Below, in pieces: positions 53,717 through 64,000 of a stretch of 64,000 nucleotides of DNA (its first letter is position 1; each line of letters starts with the position of its first letter). Both the position numbers and the translations under genes were made by a program. The notes under the pieces are model-generated. The model saw only the letters and a list, made by a program, of their open reading frames with translations. It searched no databases and was not told the origin of the DNA. Source of the stretch: Eledone cirrhosa (lineage: Eukaryota). Where the stretch lies: the NCBI GenBank assembly GCA_964016885.1, contig OZ024743.1:323702001-323766000 (forward strand), given 5' to 3'.

Positions 53717-54076
53717 TACTGCTTACCTGCCAACTGTCAGAGCTAGTGAAAATATATGATATTTTCTGAAATATACAGTGACTGATTGGCCTGATTTGCA
53801 TATTAGCAGACTGGCTGATCAGTCAGATCTGCATATTAGCTGATAGGCCAGTCAGTTTCATGTATATGAGCGATTAATGGCTGGCTTTACCATATTCAAA
53901 TAACTACACAATATTCAAATGTCAACACAAGAGCGAGAATGAGGGGCACATTCTACTGACATGGCTTATAAAAGAGGCCGTTTGCATAATTGCAAACGAA
54001 TTGAATATTATTATTAATATTCGAAAAACTCAGATTACATTTATTGTATTCAGCCATGTAGAGCGATAACTAGTTG

Positions 54077-54160
<84 letters not shown>

Positions 54161-54394
54161 AAATAACGAAATAAACAAATAACGAAACGAAATTAAATTT
54201 CGTTTCGTTTGTAACTCACTTTTGTATGACTGACGCTTAAACAATTAAGTTAAAAATGTACATCCACATATGTATACTGAAATACTAGTATGCATATGAA
54301 TACACACACGTGTACATATGTAGATGTACCGAGTTTTTCACTGGTCACTTTACTGTGAGTGTCCAGCTATTCTGTATGTAAACACACAGACAAA

Positions 54395-54442
<48 letters not shown>

Positions 54443-54520
54443 TGATGAGCAGAACAAACAAACATTAAACAATCCTTTAAATAAATTAAAAAATAATTTA
54501 AATATCTACCTGTTCATAAT

Positions 54521-54599
54521 GCTATTACCAGCGGTTTCCATCCACAAAAGATTGGAAATTCAGAGAATTTCCAACGGAAAGTAGATTTCTTCAGATAGC
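54521..54599 (-). ncRNA. type I hammerhead motif (inverted copy of 54970-55048)
   Basis: Reverse complement of the plus-strand copy, apparently differing at one loop III position. Confidence 0.7.
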
Positions 54600-54969
54600 T
54601 ATTTCCTTTCTATAGGACACATGTCCCATGGTCCGCAAATATAATGCTAACTACCAGCTCGTATGAGTTATAGCCGTTAAAGTGACCCATACGTAACCTT
54701 ATAGACACCCTATATATCTCAATGTGTACCTAGTACTCAGTGAGATATTTACCTCATTTTTATATATTCTCCAATCTATGTAGAGAAAAAAATTCGTTCT
54801 TGCTTACTGCTATTTTTTTAGCAGCCAAGCCATCAACAAGTCTGTAATATTCCCGCTTGCTCTAGTGGCCAGGTCACGTATGGGTCCTTTAACGGCTATA
54901 ACTCATACGAGCTGGTAGTTAGCATTATATTTGCGGACCATGGGACATATGTCCTATAGAAAGGAAATA

Positions 54970-55048
54970 GCTATCTGAAGAAATCTACTTTCCGTTGGAA
55001 ATTCTCTGAATTTCCAATCTTTTGTGGATGGAAACCGCCGGTAATAGC
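54970..55048 (+). ncRNA. type I hammerhead ribozyme motif with long stem II
   Basis: GCUAU-CUGAAGA-aAUCUAC...UUGGAAAUUC ucu GAAUUUCCAA...GUGGAUg-GAAACC gcc G-GUA-AUAGC. Confidence 0.72.
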
Positions 55049-55259
55049 ATTATGAACAGGTAGATATTTAAATTATTTTTTAATTTATTTAAAGGATTGT
55101 TTAATGTTTGTTTGTTCTGCTCATCAATTTTTATAGTTCTGGTATCTCTAATTAGTACCATAGAACAACAATTATATTATAGACACTCTATATATCTCTA
55201 TGTGTACTTAGTACTCAATGAGATATTTACCTCATTTTTATATATATATATATATATAT

Positions 55260-55536
55260 TGGTACCACAACATCCAGGCCGAAATAAATGAGGTCGTGTA
55301 GGTGTCACGAAAAAAAAAACACAGTCCACGCTGTAATGTGGCCGTGTAGGTAACACGGTAAAAACCTCCCAGTCCACACTGTAAACGTGGTTGGTGTTAG
55401 GAAGGGCATCCAGCCGTAGAAATCCCGCCAGACAGTCCTATACGAGCAAGACAACCAATCTTGCCTCAAGTGGGAAAACTCCATGCAAGTGTGGAAGATG
55501 GACGTTAAACGATGATGATGATGATGATGATGATGA

Positions 55537-55540
<4 letters not shown>
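55260..55540 (+). mobile_element. isolated 3' end of the RTE LINE
   Basis: Nearly identical to 52512-52914 but with one internal repeat unit; (GAT)n tail. Confidence 0.85.
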
Positions 55541-55606
<66 letters not shown>

Positions 55607-55864
55607 AAGGTATATATTGAGTTAGAAACTCAAAATAGTCTCTTACAATAAAATAGCCCTAGGAAAGAGATTTTTCCAAGCCATATATTATAATTGAATA
55701 TAAAAGAAAGACAAACACAGACATATACATATATGTGTTCAAATCGTAAGGGACCAGATTCGCTAAGGTGAAAAGAATACTAACTATAGACAATAGAGTT
55801 TGCCAGACTTAATTTAAGAATAAATCAACAAATAAATACAAACCGGAATTGTGGTAACTACCAA

Positions 55865-55944
55865 TCACCCAGACAGCTTTGGCTATGCTGTTTCGCAAAA
55901 TTAATTGTGAAGAGGAATACTGATTCTTGCTCATCAGTGGGTGA
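55865..55944 (-). ncRNA. canonical type I hammerhead ribozyme motif
   Basis: UCACCCA-CUGAUGA-GCAAGA...UUUUGC-GAAACAGC auagccaaa GCU-GUC-UGGGUGA; perfect core, stems of 7, 6 and 5 bp, GUC triplet. Confidence 0.88.
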
Positions 55945-56327
55945 AGAATTAGTATTCTGGTCACTTCTAAGTATATTAAAAAAATGAATAGTGTGCGTAT
56001 ATATAATAATGCACATGGTATCTGAACTTAGCGTGTCTCACAAACTCACACCACTAAAAATAGCAGCCAGGTTTACTCGACATTTGAATTAGCTCAACAA
56101 ATTAACGGAGCCGAATACATCAAAGGTATATATTGAGTTAGAAACTCAAAATAGTCTCTTACAATAAAATAGTCCTAGGAAAGAGATTTTTCCGAGCCAT
56201 ATATTGTAATTGAATATAAAAGAAAGACAAACACAGATATATACATATACGATTTGAACACATATATGTATATATCTGTGTTTGTCTTTCTTTTATATTC
56301 AATTATAATATATATATATATGTATAT

Positions 56328-56695
56328 ACAGGGTGCGGACGATATCTGTTCGCAAGATTACTGTCTAGGAAAAAGTAACACAGTAGTTTTATTTTTTAAG
56401 ATATATTTATCAAACTTGGGTCAGTTTGTCTTCATGACTTGTTCTTTCGATCTCACTCGATTAACCTGTCATTGGCTTTGTTGACGGCCTCAAGGCAGCC
56501 TCGGAACCGGCTACAGGCCTTCGTCACTGTCCCCCGACTTAGGCCCCTAAAGGCACTTGTGATCCTGGCCTTCAGATCGTCTTTTGTATTGCAGCTAGAT
56601 CTGTTGGTGTCTCATTCCACTGCGCCCCACACAAAGAAGTTGAGGGGGTTGCAGTCAGGTGAGCTGGGAGGCCAGATGTCAGGTGAAGTTCTCTG
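56328..56695 (-). mobile_element. Tc1/mariner transposase 3' remnant with terminus
   Basis: DIWPPSSPDCNPLNFFVWGAVE...DLKARI...ACSRFRGCLEAV; terminus TA|CAGGGTG at 56326-56334. Confidence 0.8.
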
Positions 56696-58147
56696 ACAGC
56701 CAGGCTTGGGTCTTTCTTGTCCCAGTTGAGGCAAGTTGGGTTGGGTGACTGTGTCTCGCTCGTATAGGACTGTTTCTGGCTGGTTTTCTATGGCAACCAC
56801 ATTTACAGTGTGTGCTGGGTGCTTTTTACCATGTCTCATACACGACCACTTTACAGTGTGGACTGGATGTATTGTGGTACCAACATAACTTTACAGAGAA
56901 AGAGTGGTGAGGGCAGAAGTGAGAGGAAGGTGTAGAGGGTGTGGGATGTATATTGGATTAAGAGGTGCCTACTCGGTGTATGTTTAAATTTGTATGCAAG
57001 GGAAGGCAGGTCTTCTGTATTACTGCATAGCGCCAAAGATCTTGATCTTGTGACGTTGTCTTAGAGAGGTGCAAGTGTGCAAGGCCAGCTTTTATCACCT
57101 CGTCCCAGGTCTTTCTGGGTCTACCTACTCCGTAGCTTCCAGCAATTTTGGTCGCCCTTCACTTTTTTATACAGCTGTCATCCTTCATATGCACAACATG
57201 ACCATACCAACATAATCTCCTATGGAGTAAGCTGCATCTGATCCCTCTTGTCTAATTTCTCACTTAGTTTGTTTATGCTTTGCTGTTTGTGTATATTACT
57301 ATTACACATCTATCGGAGCATGCATGCTTCATTCCTTTCCAATCTGCACAGATCCTTTGCATACAATGCCCATGACTCACTGCCATGTAACATTGCTGTT
57401 CGTATACAGCCATCATACAATCTGCCTTTCATTTTTAGAGAGAAACCTTTTGTGGCCAACAGTGATATTAGCTCCCTAAACTTTTTCCATCCCATTCTAA
57501 CTCTGGCTACTGTGTTTTCAGAACACCCTCCACCACTGCTGATTTTGTCATCAACAGAAAATGTCTACTATTTCTATAGAACCATCTGGACAGTTGAAGG
57601 AGCTAGTATCCAGTGGGTACTTGCTACTTACTGCACCTGAGCTTTGGCCACATATAAAACCTACATTCATTGATAGCTTGCCTGTAATCTCACTACATCT
57701 TTTATGTACCCATAGTTTACATTTGGGACATAGAATGGAATTTCTACCTACTCCTTTCCTACACACTGAGCAAGGCCATTTCTCAGAGGGCACCTGTGCC
57801 CTATTTTCCTTTCTACATACTAGAACTTTAGTCTTCGACAAGTTAACTTTAAGGCCTTTTCATTCTAGGCCATGCTTCCATGTTTTGAATTTCTTCTCTA
57901 GTTCTGCATAGATTCAGCTACGAGAGTTAGATCATCTGCATATAGAGGTTCCTACGGGCAGCTAGTCTTAAACTCTTCAGTTATAGCCCGTAGGTCAATG
58001 ATAAATAGGATGGAGCCTAAATTTACGCTAAATTCTTCACTATAATCATTGTTAATTCTAATCTTGCTGACTGTTCCTCTATACATGGCTTGTACAGCTT
58101 TCACAAGCCATTCATCTACTCATAGTTTTCTAAGAGCCTACCAGATT
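56696..58147 (-). mobile_element. second, more decayed copy of the Cys-insert RTE LINE
   Basis: KWPCSVCRKGVGRNSILCPKCKLWVHKRCS; GWKKFRELISLL...LHGSESW. Confidence 0.88.
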
Positions 58148-58855
58148 ATATATATCATCATCCTCATATATGTGTGTGTATATATATCTATATATATATG
58201 TGTGTGTGCGTATTGTGTGTGTATGTATTTATATATATATATATATATCATCATCATCACATCATCATCATTTTACGTCTGCTTTTCCCTGCTTGCAAGG
58301 ATGGAATGGGAACTAATTTTGGCTTGATTTCTACAGCTGGATGCCCTTCCTAACACCAACCTCATTTACAGTGAGTGCTGGGTGCTTTTTTTCCGTGGTG
58401 CCTACACGACCACTTTACAGTGTGGGCTGGGTGCTTTTTTGTCGTGGCACCTGTACGACCACTTTGCAGTGGAATGACAGGGACCCCAGTCCTATCATCT
58501 CATTTCTACAGCTGAGTAAACTGGAGCAATGTGAAATAAAGTGTCTTGCTCAAGGAAACAACACATTACCCAGAATTGAACTCACAACCTTTTGATTGCA
58601 AAACCAACGCTCTAACCACTAAGCCATGTGCCTCCATATATATATATTGGAAAATGTGTGAAATCCTTGGTACAGTTAGATATATTTGAAAAAAGGAAAA
58701 GAATGACTTCACTTGTAGTTCTAAACAATTTAATTTTATAATATTGAAATTTTACAATTTTGCTTTGTACATCTACAACTAAATTGTTTAGAACTACAAG
58801 TGAAGTCATTCTTTTCCTTTTTTCAAATATATATATATATGTGTGTGTGTGTGTG

Positions 58856-58925
<70 letters not shown>

Positions 58926-59366
58926 GTATGTATGTATGTATGAGATCAAGCTGAGGAAGGAGGTAGAAGTAAGATTCCTATTAGAAACATTTGTCTATGT
59001 GATAGATGATAGGTGATTTATGATAGATGATGAATGATAGATGAGTTTGGAAATGTATGGCAACAAAAACTACTGAAGCAGAAAATAGATTAGAGAAAGT
59101 TCATATCCAAACTATCGGATTGCCGATTGCTGGAGTGATGGAATGAAACAAAATCAATCCATGATGAGTTTAGAATAGACAGAACAATGGTAAATAGTGC
59201 TAGACCATGCTAAGAATAGAAATAAATATAACTAATAAATACTAAGCAGACATACTAAGTCAATATTGTGATTGGAAAGGAGGGAGAAATATAAATATAT
59301 GCTGTGCTAAGTCTACACACTTCCTTCAACGGGGCTAGACTACAAATCTAGTGTTTAGCCATCGCA

Positions 59367-59550
59367 GTCATCATCATCATCATCGCTGTTGTTGTCATCA
59401 TCATCATCATCGTCGTCATCATTACTATCATCATCATCATTATCATCATCATCATGGTCCTCCTCCTCCTCCTCATCATCATCGTCATCATCCTAATCAT
59501 CATCATCATCATCATCATCATCACCATTACACTCATCATCACCATCAGTA
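59367..59550. repeat. (CAT)n trinucleotide repeat
   Basis: Read directly. Confidence 0.9.
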
Positions 59551-59646
59551 GCAGCAGTTTATGCTTGTTCTTAATTCTGCTATGAAACTGTAAGGTGTTG
59601 GACTGGTTAAGGTGTTGGACACACAATCATAATGTTTTGTCTTTAA

Positions 59647-59867
59647 CCCTTTAGTATTTAAACTGGCTGTATCTGGCCAGAATTCTTTCAGCTCTTTCTG
59701 TTCAAAGCAGCCATAACTAGTCACTCATACTGATGTTAAGGTATTCTTCTCAAAATAAATAATATCAAAATCTCATAGATTCGGTATTATGTGAGATAAT
59801 TATATAAGATAAGGTGTTTACTGTGAAAATACAATAGTATATATAGAGTAATGTAAATGCTAAAGGG
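59647..59867. mobile_element. piggyBac-type MITE
   Basis: TTAA|CCCTTTAG...CTAAAGGG|TTAA; related copies near 60921-61150, 60625-60845 and 23060-23293. Confidence 0.78.
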
Positions 59868-62074
59868 TTAAACAAGAGACTTCATTTCACACTGCTACTT
59901 CAGTTCACTCAGTTCAAAATGAGAACCAGTGACAGCTGGGTGTTATTCTGTCAACGGATTGGCATCGCATCCCAGGGGTTAATCATGTACTCTCAGGTGC
60001 TTAATCCCCATAAAACTGAGGTAAGCTCCAAGTTTTGTTCAGTCTGTGAAAGAATGGAAAAATGGTCATAAAACAATAACTTCAATTCTTTAATATTGAT
60101 ATGGGTTGGGCAGCTTGTTCCTGTCCAAGTCAGTTAATGCCTCACTAAATATGCTGGAGGACCACATCTCATTAATATGTTCCACTTTTTGACATAATTT
60201 CTATGCCCTTCTTAACACCAACTAATTTAATCCTTCCGTTACCATATTTCTAATTACAGATATGATTTTCAAGTAAATTTGAAAATAATCATGAATTTGG
60301 AAGTCTTTCATAATAGGACTATTTTTCTCATTATTAAGCTGGATTGGCAGTATCGGTAGAGCGTCAGAATGTAAAGGACCATAACTCTATGCTTTGCAGC
60401 ATAGAGTTATGGTCCTTTACATTCTGAGTTCAAATCTCGCTGAAGTTAACTTTGCCTTTCATCCTTATGGGGGGGGGGGGGGTCAATCAAATAAGGCACC
60501 AGTAATGCACTGGAATAATTGCTGGCCTTGTGCCAAAAGTAGAAACAATTATTAAGCTGGTGTTTGGAACATAACTTAACAAAAGCTCTTACATAAAATT
60601 ATAAGAAAATTTTTAGATAAATATAAACACTTTATACATTACTCTATATATACTATTATATTTTCATGGTAAAGGCTTTACCTCGCATAATTAACTCACA
60701 TAATATCGAATCTATGAGATTTTGAAAGTATTTATTTTGAGAACAATACCTTAATATAAGTTTGAGTAACCAGTTAAAGCCAGTTTCAACAGAAAGAGGT
60801 AGAGAATTCTGGCCGGTTTTGGTCGGTTTGAACACTAAATGGTTAAAACAAGCAGTTTTGTGTCTTAGAACCAGGTAGATTCATATGAAAATTGCTAAAA
60901 TGGTGATTGGATTATAACTTAACCCATTAACATTTAAACCAGCTGTATCTGGCCAGAATTCTCTCACTTCTTTCTATTGAAACCAGCCATAACTGACCAC
61001 TTATATTGATGTTAAGGTATTGTTCTCAAAATAAATAACATCAAAATCTAGTAGATTCGATATTATATGAGATAATTATGTAAGATAATTATGTAAGGCC
61101 TTACCACAAAAATACAATGGTATATATAGAATAATGTAAATGCTAAATGGTTAAAAAAAGGTTCTTAGATATAAACTCTTTAAAACAACTTTGTATTGTA
61201 GAACTGGGACAGGGGCAGTTTCAGGTAGTTTGGTAACTCTGCTTCTTACTCCTCCTCAGTCTCATCACCCCTTCTATTTCCCCTCCCTCTACCCAACAAC
61301 TAACTAATTCAACCATTCAGTGTCCAGAACCAATTATGTCCTTCCACTCTTTTCACCAGACATGTTGTGTTCATTATAAAATATGAACATGTGGTCTGGA
61401 TTTAAAGAAACTGTCTAGTGATTGTCAAAGTAGATTTTAGCCACTATAATGATCAGATCAAGATGCTAAGATACTTTAATATTGGTTCATTAACGTTAAT
61501 GATGGTTGCATAATTAGAGATGTATGTTGTGTGCGTCAGGGGGTGATGGGAGAGAGAAACTTAGATGTTTTAGTGATGTGTTGATTAATGTGGTGGGGCC
61601 AGTGGTGGTGATGGTGGCTGCAATGATGGTGGTGGTGGTGGGATGGGGAAGGGCTGGTGGAGGTTATGGTGGCATTAGTGGCAATGGTAGCTGCTATGGT
61701 GGTGGTGCTGCTGCTGCTGGTGTTGATAAGAAATTTAAATGTGTTGATCTTCATCACAAACATGTTAACAAGCTCCAGAAATTGTTGTAAGAAGATCAGA
61801 AGAAATGCCAAGTTTTTAATCAACTGTGATTATTTTGAGTGAGAAACACAGTTATTTCCTTCACATGTCATCTTAGCTGAAACCAGCTGAAAACCTTCCC
61901 TGCTTCTATGATACAAAACCACCTGTTTTAAAGCATTTACTGACATCGTTAAGAAGATTCTTAAAGCAGTGTGATTCATATCACACATGGAGCCTGTTAT
62001 CCTCAACTGTAGTGGAAGTAGATATCCAGATAAGGTTAACTCTTTTCCCCATTTCAGTGGAATATGTCCTTCAA

Positions 62075-62615
62075 ATCTGGGTACTGTCACCCTAAACTTC
62101 CACAGAGAGCTGATGATAACCTCATAGCTTTAGCCACAAATCTGGGTACTGCCACAGAAGAGCTGATGATAACCTCATAGCTTTAGTCACAAACCTGGGT
62201 ACTGCCACAGAAGAGGTGATGATAACCTCATAGCTTTAGTAACAAACCTGGGTACTGCCCCACTAGACTGCTACAGAGGAGGGAAGATAACCTTATAGCT
62301 TTAGTCACAAACCTGGGTACTGCCACCCTAGTTTGCCACAGACGAGCTGAAGATAACCTCATAGCTTTGATCCCAAACCTGGGTACTGCTCCACTACACT
62401 GCTACAGAGGAGGGGAAGATAACTTCATAGCTTTAGTCACAAACCTGGGTACTGCGACCCTAGATTGCCACAGACGAGCTGAAGATAACTTCATAGCTTT
62501 GATCCCAAACCTGAATACTGCCACCCTAGACTGCTACAGGGAAGCTGAAGATAATTACATAGCTTTGATTCCAAACCTGGGTATTGCCACCTTTGACTGC
62601 CACAGAGGAGCTGAA
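62075..62615. repeat. 66-bp tandem repeat with shorter variant units
   Basis: Unit AAACCTGGGTACTGCCACCCTAGACTGCCACAGAGGAGCTGAAGATAACCTCATAGCTTTAGTCAC; about 8-9 units. Confidence 0.9.
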
Positions 62616-62906
62616 AATTACCAAATCAAGACATTGATTAACTGTTTTCTTTTTATGCTGGTTGCCATTCAAGGATTCCAGTATCCTCAGTCCCTGGACT
62701 GCTGCTTTCCTCAGTCAAATTGGGAGGTGAGTATATTACCTGAAGAAACCCCATGACATGGAATGGCTGATACAGTAGGTGTCACTGACTATTCTATATA
62801 ACAATGCTATCATTATCTTGTCTGCAGGATGCAGCAGAGATATACCACTCAGTCAAGGGTATTGAGTGCCTTCTCCACATCTCTCCTCTTTTCTTGCTGT
62901 CATTTA

Positions 62907-63103
62907 TGAGGGTTGGCTGAAAGGTTCATAGGCTGACTATGAAGGAATAATGCTAGAGCTGTGAAATTTTGCATGCAGTGATTTCAACTCTTTTGAATAA
63001 TAACTGCATTATTTCATTCCATCGACTATATAGAAAAATAAACTTTATTTAGTCATTCCATGAGAGTATCTTGGTCAGTCTATGAACTTTTCAGTCAACA
63101 CCC
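62907..63103. mobile_element. mariner-type MITE
   Basis: TA-flanked imperfect inverted termini GAGGGTTGGCTGAAAGGTTCATAGGCTGAC / GTCAGTCTATGAACTTTTCAGTCAACACCC. Confidence 0.65.
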
Positions 63104-64000
63104 ATATATATAAAGGTCTTATGTATTATTAAGTACAAAAAAAAAGGTAAACATCTAAAACCTTCCATCTTAATTTTATGCTAGAAATTTTACTCCAATG
63201 TTGATTATTTTCAAAATTACTTGAAAATAATAGGCACTAGAAATATGGTAAAGAAAGGGTTAATAAGCTAGAATAACTTGTAAGAAAAACTGAACAAAAT
63301 GCCAAGTTTTTAATGAGTTGTGATCAGTTGACAGAGAAAGCAAAGTAATTTTATCACATCCTTCGTTTGTCAGCTTAATGGAAGGAAATGATTAGAACCG
63401 GAGTTGTCTAAAATCTCAGATATCTGTGTCAATGTGTTACTCTATTTATACATTAATACAGCTTCACTTAACCCTTTCTTGACCAGATTTCTAACGAAAT
63501 ACACTCTATTTCAATTAATTAATTGTTTCTACTTTAGGCACAAGGCCAGCAATTTGAAGGGAAGGGGAAAGTCGATTAAATCACCCCAGTGCATATTTTA
63601 TCGACACCGTGAGGATGAAAGGCAAAGCTAACCATGGCAGGATTTGGACGTAAAGAGCCGTAACTATATGCTATGAAGCATGGTGTCCGATGCTCTACCA
63701 ATATTTCCAATCCACTGCCATGGATTAATTAATTAATTAAGAATTTTTAGGGATTTACTAAAATCATTCATTATTTCATTACTACCTAAACCTAACCCTA
63801 AGTCTAACCCAAACCAAAACATGGTTCTTATATAAAATTATGTTGGATGAAGATTTTATGTTAAATAGGAACTCTTAAATGCTCCACTCAAATGAGTAAA
63901 GGATTATCCAATCTGGACTGCTACTGTCACTGCAGTTGAGAGCAACAGGCTCCAGATGTTTAAACACTTTAAAATAAGTGGGTTTGTAGCATAGAAGCAG

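Noticed and set aside
59348-59626. His-rich and Met-rich ORFs
   Set aside because: Translations of a (CAT)n microsatellite
63783-63818. Telomere-like CCTAA repeats
   Set aside because: Only a few degenerate units inside a MITE-like sequence

Overview
AT-rich, microsatellite-dense eukaryotic (animal) genomic DNA. The SINE/LINE content and repeat style suggest a cephalopod such as Octopus (inference). Bases 689-33706 carry the last 20 coding exons (+ strand) of a Na-K-2Cl cotransporter (SLC12A1/2/3, NKCC-type) gene. The exons splice into one uninterrupted frame of about 861 aa ending [12 protein letters not shown], and one intron uses a GC donor. A 2.6 kb 24-bp satellite follows the gene, and the rest of the window is transposon-rich intergenic DNA: a near full-length decayed CR1-type LINE, RTE-type LINEs, Penelope-like element (PLE) fragments with GIY-YIG endonuclease, CRE/RLE-type fragments, a Tc1/mariner remnant, MITEs and many tRNA-derived SINEs. 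The most striking unannotated signal is a dense set of type I hammerhead ribozyme (HHR) motifs from several sequence-unrelated families. Most lie in short cassettes built as (TA)n / inverted copy / body with HHR / 3' tail / (TA)n, which is the architecture of truncated PLEs or retrozyme-like elements. Several are in the sense orientation inside NKCC introns. All ribozyme folds were read by eye and none is tested for activity. Repeat boundaries are approximate.
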